64,000 nucleotides of DNA from Nageia nagi (GCA_050084985.1 JBITNC010000001.1:134850001-134914000); one strand, 5' to 3'. Positions 1 to 12,227 are shown, numbered from the stretch's first letter. Numbers and translations: made by a program. Notes: generated by a model not told the origin, from the letters alone.

Positions 1-359
1 GTGTGTAGTGTCATTAGAACCCTTGGAGAGTTGACGTCAACCTTGGGAGTGTGTTTGGTGCCATAGAGGACCAACGTTAGCATTGTGGATGCATAGTTGA
101 GGGTGTTGGAACCCCTAGTTCACTGATTTTGATTGTTGTTGGTATTTGAGTTGAGGTCCGTTTTGGATCATCACAAGAAGGTAGCATCGTTATTGTACGC
201 GGGTGGTAGAGGCGGTTTCTCAGTGGAGGTGGAAGCCATATGGCAGCCATCAAACATAAAGATCATATTTGTAAATATAAATTTATTAGGGTTATTTTTG
301 TAAATATGGTATTTGTCAGGATTATTAGAGTAATTTTCTCTAAAAATAATAATAAAACA

Positions 360-3300
360 ACTCATCCTATGCTTGGAGGAAAACATCCCACTTTGGGGCT
401 CAAAATGTGGGTCCAATGGACTATTATTATTCCATCCTAAGTTACTACAAATGCAAGAATAAAATAAGACAAATTGTTTACAAAAGGGATGCCAAAGATC
501 CCAAATTTCCTCAATTTTGGTCAAAAGGGGATGTTACATATTTGGAAGGCAATAGGGATTTTATGGTTGAAGAGAATCTTGTTAGGGGATCGTCTTTCTA
601 TAATGGTCTTCAATGGGTGAGACATCTTTTGAGGAAAGGATCAAAATGGAAGATCAATAATGTAGAGAAAACTGATTTTTGGAAGGACAAATGGAGTCAT
701 TCAAAACCTTTGATTGAAGATGATGCTTAAGCACCTTTAGTTACCATGCTCTATGGCCCTCAAGTTTAAGATTTTTTACAATTGGGTCAGGGCATGTTGA
801 CTTGGAAGGATTTGAGCTTTCCAAACTTAGATGAACATTCGGCCAAGGCTTGGAAGCATTTGTGCCTAGCCATTAAGGCCACCCGTTTGGGTAGAGGGAA
901 TATGGAGGATTCAAGGATTTGGGATGGGGAAAGGCATGGAATGTTTACAATTAAATTTGCATATTCCTACCTGATCTTGGAGACTAACCATTGGCTTCCA
1001 ATTTCTCAGGTTTGGTTCAAATCTCTTATTCCTAAGATTAACTACTTTTTTCGACTGGTGGTGCAGAACAAAATTCTAACTATGGAGAACCTTCATAACA
1101 AGAATATCCCAATTCCCAACCGGTGATATCTTTGTGAGATGGATTGAGAAACTTCTACACACTTATTTTTGAGGTGTCCTTTTTCAAGAAAAGTGTTCAA
1201 GGATTTTCTTTTCTCTTTTAAGATAGCTTGGGTGCTCCCAAGACCTATTTCAAATCTTTGTCTCCAATGGATTTCACCCTTTGTTTCCAAGAGACTCAAG
1301 AAATTATGGAAGTTAAGTTTGCCCCACTTTTGTTGGCATATTTGGAAAGAGAGGAATAATAGGGCCTTCAAAAACTTGAAGAAGAATGTGGAGACTCTTT
1401 GCTCCAGGTTCAATATGGCAATCTTCGAAAACGTGGCTTCTTATCTTAAGAAAGAGGAGAAGGAACTGGAAGAGAAGGAGGAAATTGCCAATAATTTTGG
1501 CTTGATTAGGATACAAAAAAAAAGGAAGGGAAGAGGTGAACCCTAGAGCTTCTACTAAATGGATTCCTCCCACTGAGGGATGGCTTAAGCTCAACTTTGA
1601 TGGGGCCTCTAAAGGCGATCCTGGAGTCTCGAGTGCTGAAGAAGTTTTCCAAAATGAGAGGGGAGAACTTGTCTTGTCCTATGTTGAACCTCTAGGGAGA
1701 AAAACAAGTCACTTTGTTGAGACTCGAACCCTTTTTAAGGGTTTATCTTTGATGAGTTCATTGAGAGTGGATAAGCTTACAATTGAAGGTGACTCTTTTA
1801 ACATTATCAACCTCTTCTATGGAACCCAAACTCCAAGCTGGTCTATTGAAGATATGATTTTAGAATCCCTGAAATTAATTGGTGAGCTAAAAGAAGTTCA
1901 AATCCAACATATATTCAAATAAGGCAATTCCGTGGTGGACATTTTGTCAAATATGGCTACTAGTTTGGATGATGTACGGGTGTGGAAAGGCTCCTTTCCA
2001 CCTGAAGTTCAGGGGGCGGTGGTGGGTGATTTGTTTGCCAATGGAGGTCCCTAAGTCTTGGCAATTGCATGGGTTGATCTTTGACCCACAAGGACGAAGA
2101 CCTTGTGATGCTAAGTTAGCTAGGAGTGAGGAGGCATCACTTGGTGATATTATGGTTTTAAGTGTTGCATGGTTTGAGTTGACAAGACACCCTGCATGGT
2201 GTTCCCTTGATTACGAGGTGCATGAGATGGTACACAAGGCCTATGAGGAGGATGAGTTGGTGGTCAATGGTGTTACTCCGAAATTGTTGATTAGACTTCT
2301 CACACCTTGGCACTGAGTTCAGCGAGTCAAGGTAGTTGTATCTTGTGTGAAGGGTGATTGTGGAGACATTGTGGAGATTTCATGGATGATTCTGGAGATG
2401 GTTTTATGGAGGCTATTTATGACTATTGTGATACTCTAATTTGTCATGCAAATCATCTGTACTCCTTGAGAACAAGAGTTATGGCGTATGTTTCATATTG
2501 TTTGGAGCCGAATGCTTTAAAAGTTGATGAAGGGACGAGGTTGTTGCTAGAGAAGGTTGGGTGGTTACCATTTTTGGATATGTTTCAACAACCTGATGAG
2601 GCTTTGGCATTGGCATTGCCAAAGTCCTAGGATGAAGGTGTCATTGAGGCAGAAGGTATATGTTTCACCATCAATGTTGAGTTGATTGTCAAGTTCATGG
2701 GCGTTCCTCTGGAAGATGAGAAGTTGTTGTGTGAGAAGCACTCACTGGCTATTGAATTGCAGTTGTTTAAAGGCAAAAGCGACAACCTCCAATGGATGCA
2801 AGGAGGTATTAATAGGGAGTAGATCCCACTAAAGTGGAAAGTAGTAACAACAGTGATAATGCAATAGCTTACGTTGGACAATTATCCATCCATTCTCTGC
2901 AATTTCCACTTTGCCTTTGGCAATGTATTTAGGTGTAATAAGCAAGTGAACATTCCCCTATATCTGTTTTGCTCCTTGCAAAGATCCATTGCTGAATGAA
3001 AGAGGGGAAACTGGCAGGCCCTAAGCACCAAGGTCTTTTGTGTGCTTTATTCAATCAGGTGTCTATGGAACGCCCAAGAATGGTGAGGTGGCCCAAGCAT
3101 CAAATTAACTATGAGGATACGAATGGCAGCAAACCAAAAGAAGTAGAGGAGGACGATTCGGATTAGGTGAGTGATGAGGACTTTCTTCCGGCTAAGGAGG
3201 AGCCAACACATGCTCAAGATAACATGTCAGTGGTGCAAAGTGCTTTTGCAAGGTGTAGCAGCATAGCCTCTAAGGTGACCCGTAAGGTGACTGACGAGTT

Positions 3301-3905
3301 AGGAATCAAGGAAATCCCAAAGGTGGAGGAGGTCATGGAGGAGGACCTTCCCCCATGAGCAAAACAGAAGAAGAGCTTCACGATTGGAGATCCCTCAAGT
3401 GTGAAGTTGATGTGGGTGACAAGCTCCTCCCCCTAAAGAGGCTCCTAAGGACACAAAGAATTACAAGGAATTGTTATGCACCTAGATCAAGACTACTAGG
3501 GTTGCGCTCTTCTACGCTGAACAGGCACGCAATGAATGGATGGAGGATCACCAGGGGCCTCAAGTGATGGAGATTCTCATGACTCCAAGTAGTGGAAAAG
3601 GAAAGGCAAAGGTCTCAAAGCACTTATCCAAGGGTGGTGCGAAGGGTAAGGGAAGTGAATTCCCTAGTTTCTCTTCGAGATTGCATCCTATTTTGTGTTT
3701 TTGTGTCTTGCACAAGTTGTTGAATATCGTTTCTTGTTTTGCAAGCTAATGTAGCTCGAAGTTTCTTGGAAATGCCCAATGGATCCTTTTGTTGTTTGTG
3801 GACTAATCCGAACTATTTTGGCAGAACAGTATTGAAATTTTCTAAGTTGTAAAGGTATGGAGTCCTTCTAAAACCCCTATTTTGATTATTAATATATATC
3901 CAAAA
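360..3905 (+). mobile_element. Decayed L1-clade LINE, 3' part: zf-RVT, RNase H, about 1.85-kb extension with extra ORF, A-rich tail
   Basis: VWFKSLIPKINYFF...KILTMENL (zf-RVT), WHIWKERNNRAF, WIPPTEGWLKLNFDGASKG...IEGDS...QHIF (RNase H); ORF2 stop at 2052-2054; tail ATTAATATATATCCAAAAAA near 3887-3907. Confidence 0.9.
2481..3668 (+). pseudogene. Decayed extra ORF ('ORF3') of the LINE, downstream of RNase H
   Basis: One frame over 2481-3020 broken only by isolated stops; alignable to 48055-48570 (-); acidic low-complexity C-terminal part; end approximate. Confidence 0.75.
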
Positions 3906-4599
3906 AAGCAAAATTTGAGAAATAAATATAGTTTCTACATTCATATTATCAATTCAATGAATTTATTCATGAAATGAAATGTCAAATATAGAATTGAGGA
4001 TGCTGAAACTTGAAATTTGAAAGTGAAACAAAGATAATAAAATTTAAATATGAATGAGCATAATCAATGAGCCATAATCATATAATATCATTAAGTTGAA
4101 TTAAGGACATAATCAATGATTCAATGATCATAATATCATATGTGAAGTCAAAATGAAAAGTAAAACTATGGCTCTAAGTATAATGGCTCTCAGTCCAATG
4201 GCTCATCCTCTGTTGAGCTATCTAAGAAGTTGTCCTCTTCGACACATACCACTTTGGGTTCACAGCATATGCTACCATATGTAGAGGGGTATTCATCTTG
4301 TCCCATCTCCTATATAATTGGTTTGATGTGGGTCTCATAAAAACCAAGATCCCTACCAAAAATAATCTTCTTCATTTCCTTCAACATGTTATCAAAAGTG
4401 TCATAGATCTCTCCTAAATTAGGAGCATTTGTAAAAAATGTAATTTTGTTTATGGGACAGTTGAATTGCTCTAATTTGCACACTAGGGTTTTGGCTGCGA
4501 CTTGAGCATTAGGGTTTCGGTTATAACTTGGCCAACTTGCATAGTAGGTCTTCACCCCCAGTCCAACATTTAGGATGTAGTCAAACAATCAAAGAAACA

Positions 4600-5409
4600 C
4601 GATGAACAAAGCCCGCTGAAGACCAACACCCAAACCCTTGAAAACTTGGGCCAATGTGGTCACTAGGGATAAGATAGAAGAGATCATTGATGTTAAGCTA
4701 GAATCAGAAATTGTTGATAATGTGGAAAGGATTAGAATCCCAAAAGAAATTCTTGATTTAGAAATAGATAGAAGGAAGAACACGCAAATTGGACGATTTG
4801 TAGGATTTAAACATTTGGATCACATTTGAAGGTGGGTTATAGAACATTAGAAATTGGCAAGACTGGTTGATTTAGTTGCACTCCCTCACGAATTTATGTT
4901 ATTCAAATTTACCAATGAAAGTGATTTGAATAAAGTTCTCGAGCTAGGCCAATGGTTCCTAGGGAGAAAAGGTCTTATCCTGAAGCGTTGGCATTGTGGA
5001 TTTTGTCCTGAAAAAGAAAACATCGACTTGGTTCCAGTTTTGGTGAGCCTCTCGGATTTCTCTTCAGAATATTGGAACAAGAATATCATTGGAGGCATTG
5101 CAAATTCAATTAATTCACTTGTCTCAATCGATAAAATCTTCGAATTGAAAGCAGAATGACAAATGCACGGTTTTGTGTTAATTGATATTTCCAAGGAACT
5201 TCGAACTAAAATCTTCTTGGATGAAGAAGATATTGTTTGCAAAAACCTTCCTCTGCAATGCACTATGTGCAAAAAGTTTGACAACTACACCCAAGAATGC
5301 CCAAAAGAATGAACAGATTCAAGGAGAGGTCAAAAACTTATTCACAAACAAACTATTGAAGCCCGACTAGAGCCAAACTGCTCTCAACAAAAAGAACAAG
5401 CTCAAAGAC
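4600..5409 (+). mobile_element. LINE ORF1 remnant (DUF4283-type plus zinc knuckle), cut by an LTR element
   Basis: KTWANVV..., FMLFKFTNESDLNKVLELGQWFLGRKGLILKRW, VPVLVSL...EYW, ARFCVNLDISKEL, CTMCKKFDNYTQECP. Confidence 0.85.
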
Positions 5410-6497
5410 TGTAAGAAACCTAGCTAAACATACCCAGAAATTTACTAATAAAAATTCAGATTTGAACAAACTAAATCCTAGATTTCAAATCTGAAATTAT
5501 CACAGAGAACAAGTGCAGATCTACACACAAAATTTCAGATTTAGTGCACAACTATTTTATTAGTCACCAAGAAACCAAATCAAGTCCAGAAATTACACAA
5601 AAAAGCCCTTGGATAGGGCGTTCCACTTTGGATGGCAGATATAGCTAAGCAAGGACTCCAGAAATTCCTCTTGATGTCTCTATGGCTAGGAATCACAATT
5701 AGAAGCTCAGATTTGACTGTTGAAAGTTCCAAACAGGCTCCCAAGGTTTGGGCGCTCCACTTGGGTGACTAGATCTGGATATCAACTGCTTACAAATGTC
5801 TTCAACTTCCTCCAAACTGCTAGATCTCACTTTCAACTGTTGAATCTCACACTAATAACACTAGAGGTTGGCCTTCCTCTAGGGTTCCCACTCCTATAGA
5901 TGGTCTTCTAGAAGAGGAATAGAAGATTGTTACTCTAGCAACATTCTCCACAAGAAGTCAAGTAGAATAATCATAAGCTCCCCCACATGAAATGTGTCAC
6001 ATCTATATAGGTGAGTGCTTCATTTAGGGTTGCATAACCCCTTAGAAATCCAATGCTCCATATTGGGTGACAAATCTCCACCCTTGGACACCAAAGTCCC
6101 ACTTGTGGAGGTTTATTTGACTTTGACCCACAAAGACTGCCAAAGGCAGTTACATAAGCCAAAAACATTAAATGGGCAGTTACATATGCTTAAGAAATGA
6201 TGACTCACACCTAACACACCTTTTACAACAAACACCAATAATTAAATAAGACATACTTAACTATACTTAGAACATCGCTAAGTATCCTAGCTAATAAACA
6301 TTTACAACTGTTGTAGCCATTTAATAATGCCTCATTATTGGTTTACAACATCAAAAATTCATATAACTTTACTAAAACACACTTATCTATGCTAAAAACA
6401 ACACTATCCCTTCCTAGAAGAGGGACATCTCACTCTAAGTAAAAATAGGAATATTACAATGCGAAAATAAGTGAAACTCAAAATTGGGGACATTACA
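5410..6497 (-). mobile_element. 3' LTR (about 1.09 kb) of a chromoviral Ty3/gypsy element
   Basis: TGTAA...TTACA termini; preceded on the minus strand by the purine tract GGGAAGGGCGGAC (about 6499-6511) and a chromodomain remnant INKYLVRW*DWP...LLEGKQFGKGG (6500-6628). No partner LTR seen. Confidence 0.75.
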
Positions 6498-6869
6498 AGT
6501 CCGCCCTTCCCAAATTGCTTGCCCTCAAGCAATTCGAAGCAAGTTGGCCAAGGATTTTTTGATTCCTCACAAGTGAAATTCTACGGTTGGCCAATCTTAC
6601 CATCTCACCAAGTATTTATTGATAACCTCTTATTGATTAGCTGAAGTTGACAAATTGGGCACAAAAAATGCAGAGGTCTGTTGTTCATCCCCTACACACT
6701 TGTGCCATTCTTCTTGTAAAATTGTTTTCCATAACACAGAAACAACATCCTTTCGGAATCTCACTGCTGTCTTCAAATCAGTTGTTGCATTCCCCTTGTA
6801 AAACCTTCGTTTCTTCTGCCATAGTCCTTTTAGATCCTGATAATCATCTGAAAATATTCCTATGGACAG

Positions 6870-7286
6870 ATCCGGTATTGCAAAGATAGTGGCCAATATA
6901 GATACTACTTCTTCAATGTTTGAAGAAATCATATAACAGGTGAATTGTTTAGTATTATTGTATATGGCTTTCTCTTCTACAACTGTAGCAACAATGGATG
7001 CAAAATTATCATCAGTTAACATTCTATTAAATGTTCCCTTAGCAACAGTAGTACCTGATCCCATTGCAACTCCAATATCTGTGTTTTTAAGAGCAGGCTC
7101 AACCTTTGAGTATAGTAAAAAGCGTTGAAGAGCTGTTGTTCTTTGTATTGACTGTAACTCCTCAAATTCTGATGCAGTATATAATTGCCCAGATAAGTTA
7201 TCCAATTGAACAAGTGGTCCCATTGGTTGACGAAGAGATTCTACTGTTGACTTGTTGTCATCTGTACCAACAATAACACAAATTCC
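6870..7286 (-). pseudogene. Intronless captured fragment of a P2A-type Ca2+/Mn2+-ATPase (ECA3-like)
   Basis: GICVIVGTDDNKSTVESL...YTASEFEEL...VEP-ALKNTDIGVAMGSGTTVAK...DDNFASIV...AIYNNTKQF..YMISSNIEEVV; the TGDGVND hinge is missing. Confidence 0.88.
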
Positions 7287-8378
7287 AATTTGAACAACCA
7301 CATTGCACACATTAATAACATGACCAAAATCAGATATTACACTATTTGCTGGTCTTCTATTTTCTGTTGTACTTTCCTTTCTTGTCTTTTAACAACGTGC
7401 TGCAAAACAGTATCATCCTTAATACTACTTGAGTATTTCTTTACTAATCTCAGGACATCCTTATTTTTCTGGATGAGGTTTTTAATATCATTGGGATCAT
7501 GAGGCTTCAAGACAAACAAATGATATATTGTTGTATCTATTTGGAAAGAGTTAGCCATAGATTGTAAGCGCTCTGTTAGAGGCACTCCTTGAGTGTGGTA
7601 ATCATGCTTTATACAAACTATCAATTTTGCAAACAGCAAGCAAACATCCTCCATTTTGAAGAACATTTAGAAGAGCATACTCACATATGTCTATAATCTT
7701 TCTTTCAAATCCCATAGACGATAATTCTCCCAACCAATGTACAACATTGAAATCAAAATAGAAATTCATATTCTCAAAACCAATTAAAGCATTTGACTTA
7801 CCTCCAATGTGCAGTTTTCCCTCTACTTTCTTGTTACATACTCCACATTTAAAACATTTATCAACGTCACCTTTCTGAAGGAAATTTTTAGTATCAGAGT
7901 GAAAACTGCCAATTCGATGAGCATCCCTTATGTACAAGATTGTTGGCAATTCCTCATATTTATTCTGTATTTTCTAAAACACTATCTTTGCATTTTCATG
8001 TGTGACAACAACCATAATTCCACTGACCTAACCTTCACAAGCAACAAACTCTGATGTGAACAACTTTGTTGTGCTTGCACAACATGCCCCAAATTTTGCA
8101 ATTTTGGGGACCCAATTTTGATCAAGACAGTGAGGAGAATTATCCTGGGCAATAGAAAAGTTGATTTTGAGTGGTCTAAAGAGATGATATGATGTATAGA
8201 AATTACCCACAGGAGGTCCTGAGGTGATTCAGAGTACTCAGTCACTTGTTTTGGAGCTATAAGGAGCCAAAATTTGAGCAAAACAATTAAAGTACACGTT
8301 TCTATGTCCTGGAAATTCCCATGCAAGAATGAAAATTTTGACAAGACAAGCTTGTGGAGGAACAAAAGGCACATGCTT

Positions 8379-8700
8379 TTAAACTTGGCAGTTTCGAAAA
8401 ATACTCAAAAATGCACCTCCTAGACATAGTGCACTTTTTGAGGCTTTGGACTCATCACTGGAGAAAAAGTGTGCCTACTTGAAAGTGAGATTATTTGGAC
8501 CCTAGGCAAATGTGAAATTTGAAAATTTTGAAAGAGCAATGTTGTCAAGGAGGGTAATTGTGTACACTTTTAAACTTGGAAATTTTTGAGAATGACCAAA
8601 ATCGCTCCTTTTGCATAAGGGTGCAGTTTTTGAGGGTTTGTTGGCATCAAAGGCCAAAAAAGTGCGCCTGGTTAAAAAGTGTTCTTTAAATTTTGAAAAA
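8379..8700. repeat. Imperfect direct repeat, period about 190 bp, 2 copies
   Basis: TTAAACTTGG...GTGCA.TTTTTGAGG.TTTG...AAAAAGTG.GCCT at about 8379 and 8570. Confidence 0.6.
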
Positions 8701-11023
8701 TGCAGACAGTACCCTTACCTAGCATTGTGCTCTTCAATGGCCCTGTCAATAAGCCTTAGCGGAGATAGAAGGGTTGCTACTCCCACGTATCTATATTTCT
8801 ATACAATTTCCACATTCAAATTGACAGACTTCCTCCTTATTTCCTTCGAGTTCCTCGACTCTTATCCCAAAATAAGATGACAAAGATACTTCATGAAATT
8901 TGGAAAGATATCACTATCTAATATACCCATTGCAATTGGATCTCTCTTGTTAGCCCTCTCTCCCCCAAACTAGACTTTTATCATGAGCACTTTCTCCAAA
9001 TCCGAGATGTTTAAATAGTTCCTCCTCGGTACCTTCAGAAACCTATGATGCATCACATACATGTCTCCATTGGTTAGCTTCAAGTGTGTTTCCACTAGCT
9101 CCGAGTTGAGTCTGATGGCCATGTACAAAGAGAGGAGTGGATATGTCTATTCTACTCCCTCGAGGACGTAGAAACCTTGCATAACTTTAATTTTTGTTGC
9201 CTGAAGGCAGATTCCACAACCTCTTCAAGAGTGATCCGTGCTCTCTATCCACATTCTTCAATTATGAGAATCAATGTTGCCCTGAACTTTACATTAGGGA
9301 AGCAAACCAGTTTCTCCATCAAAGGAGCTTTCATCTAGACACCTCTCACCCTCCATAGTCTTGACTTATCACAACCTACTTCATCAACTCTGATAGACCG
9401 AGGGGAGATATTGTTATTGGTAAGAAATGATAGGCACCAGCACTTCTGGACATCAACAATGTCACTAAAAACTGCACCCACAAATCTTTGGAATTCCAAA
9501 TCAATGATAGGCAAAGACAAATCATCGACTTCTTCAACAGTGATCCCCCGGCCTTCAATGTCAGAAGAGACTAATATATGAGATTGAGGGCCAACTGAAC
9601 GCCTCATCTTGGTGGAGCATGTTTTCACTCCTTGTATTTATTTTGTTTTCTTTTTGTTAGGCACCTTTGGTCCCTCACTTGTTATTTTTAACATACTCTC
9701 TTCACAGTCCCTTGGGTCATTATTGGCTCATCGTGAACATTAATATCATTTCATTCATAGGCAAGCATACTCCTCAAGTTATTCACAAAGTTAATATATT
9801 CATAAGGTAGAATGTTCAACAATAAGCCAACCATTTGAGAATCAAAAATTATATCATTAAAACCAGTATTGGCAAACCGAAGCTAATCAATCTGATCTAA
9901 AGTGCTCTTAAGCATGTTGCATTAACTTGGCTTTGAGGTTGATCGTTGCTAGATTAGTGAAGTTACTTTAGCCATATTTACTTTTATCAAAGATGCATCC
10001 AATTAATCCAGTGCTTCTTTCTTTGTTACCTTGTCTTGACATGGAACATTAGTTTCGTAAAACCGATGTGGTAAAAAGCCCTGATGCAATAATTTTTTCT
10101 TCTCATGTCTGTCTTTTGGACTTTCTACGTGCTTCTTGGGAATGCTGCCTATAGGCCATGTCTTTGAAGCAGGTTCATCATGTCCAATTTTAAATCATGG
10201 AAATTTGCCAGTTAACTTTATCTACAAGCCCTAGAACTCCTGTAAAACTCCAAAAAACAGAGACAACTCCTACACCAATGCAAGGAACTCAAAAAAAATG
10301 TCATGTAAGAAAACAAGGGCCTCAAATAAATTGAAACTCCACCTAGTTTGTTGAATCTTTTATTGCAAGTTGGAGGGGCAAAATGAAACAAATTCAAATC
10401 TCTAAAACAAGACACTCCTCCCTTAAATTTTCAGATACAATCCAAATCCAAAACCAATTCATAAGAGGACACAGCACACACAGACACCTACTTCCAATAT
10501 ATTGGTGAAATGGCTTGAAACAAGACAGAAAACTTGAAAAGGAATGAACTAATCTTTCCAAGATTCACTTTGCCAGGAAAGGATTGTGGAATAAAACAAA
10601 AAACAATTCTGACCGTAAACAACAAAGTCTGTAATGTTTATAAATGATACTCAAGTGTTCAACAAAAATGAAGAATTTTGAAGCCAAAAATAACAAATAA
10701 CATAATATGAGCTAGACACTGTGAGAAAGACTTAGTGAGCACAGGAAATAATTATATGCCTTCTTACACCATAGCACTTCCAACCTTAAAGCGGCAAAAT
10801 CCTGATTGCTAGATGACCTGTATTCTGATTAGCTTTCCTTGAAACTTAAATGATAAATTTAATATTAAAAGGCCCATCAACTGCACTATTTCCTTTTGTA
10901 AACTTACAGAATGATGCTCAGACATTTCCTATTAGCAGACACCTGCCATAATGTACACAAAAGCTTTAACACAAGACATTTTTTCTTGTTTCAAATTATA
11001 TACAATTCAAAAAACAAACTCAC

Positions 11024-11157
11024 CGGCTGCACATGCTCCAAGGGTATGGTAATTTGGTTTGATTTGCATGCAATGCTTTTTGAACATCTGGTATGTTGAA
11101 ATAAAAAGATATCTCCTTGCTCATGCAGACATCAACTCCAAGGCTCATGTGGGTGAT
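11024..11157 (-). CDS. SCPL42: SCPL42-like exon 7 (last exon visible in window)
   Basis: [44 protein letters not shown]|gtgag; 134 nt. The GDQD and HMVP exons were not found in 1-11023. Confidence 0.93.
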
Positions 11158-11294
11158 CTGTTTGCAGAAGGGAAAATATTTTCAGCAAAACTACAAGCTT
11201 GTTGAATAAGTTCACAAACAGACTAAAAGTCTGTACAAACTGAAAGGAACGACAGAACTCAAGAAAAAATTATGAACAAGACAGTAAAAACTAC

Positions 11295-11576
11295 CTGTTT
11301 TCCTAGCCGGAGCTGCTGCTCAATAAGTTCCGTGGGACAAACATCAATTATTACATCATACTGATCAACATAGTCACCAAGGGCATTATTAATCTTGTTT
11401 GACACATCATTACACTCTTTGGACTCGTCGATGATGTCAATACCTCTGATAGTATTATTAAATGTGCAACTCTTACGAATAGCAATATTAGACTCATCAG
11501 AAATTAGTCCGTGTGACCATAAATAATCATAAGTTGCCAATGCATCTACGTTAAAACTAAGCAGTGGATTACCAAC
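11295..11576 (-). CDS. SCPL42: SCPL42-like exon 6
   Basis: VGNPLLSFNVDALATYDYLWSHGLISDE...DQYDVIIDVCPTELIEQQLRLGKQ|gt; 282 nt. Confidence 0.95.
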
Positions 11577-11682
11577 CTACACAAGATAAAAAAGAAATAG
11601 TTGAGTTTGAAACAAACCAAACTGAAAAACCGATGCTAAACCAATTTTACAGTTAAGATCTTTGGGGACACATGCAACTTAC

Positions 11683-11768
11683 CAATATTCCCTTCAGGTT
11701 GAATTTATATATTTTGGCCACGTCATTGTATTTTAGCACAAGGTCTGCTAACTGTGGTATATAATGCC
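11683..11768 (-). CDS. SCPL42: SCPL42-like exon 5
   Basis: [28 protein letters not shown]|gtaag; 86 nt. Confidence 0.95.
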
Positions 11769-11935
11769 CTGTTTTGCATCCGAATTAATCAGAAATTACT
11801 TGAAGAACACAAAACACTGGATAGACTTAGACCGATTTTGTGAAATATCTAATCTGCTACCTCATGAAAGAACAATACAAGATTTAAAAACAAAGAAAAT
11901 TAAAATTCCAAAAGGTTGTTGTGTGCATGTTTAAC

Positions 11936-12028
11936 CTGCATAGCTTTCTCCCGTCAAGTATAAGTCTCTGGATGCATATTCAGGAAACCTTTTAAGCCAC
12001 CTGGCAAGAAATTCGAGCATGTCCTTGG
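11936..12028 (-). CDS. SCPL42: SCPL42-like exon 4 (catalytic Ser, GESYAG)
   Basis: [32 protein letters not shown]; 93 nt; AG/GT boundaries. Confidence 0.95.
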
Positions 12029-12227
12029 CTGGATTTTGAAACAAATAAACCCGTAAGTCTAGTTTCTGATCCTGGATCTCTACAATAATGACATTGCCAC
12101 AAGTGTTTGGGAAATCACATCCCAAGTTGATGTTATGATAGCCCTAAAGGACTATCTTCACGAATGATAGATATGTCATCAACAACTCCTATAACACAGC
12201 ACAAGAACCAAGCTTCTTGGTAATCAC

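Noticed and set aside
6630-7310. Functional Ca2+-ATPase gene
   Set aside because: Only about 140 aa match, the TGDGVND motif is deleted, other motifs are degenerate, and it lies inside an LTR element.
1-11023. SCPL exons 8 onward (catalytic Asp and His)
   Set aside because: No GDQD, QVGGW or HMVP coding segments were found by eye; presumed to lie outside the window.
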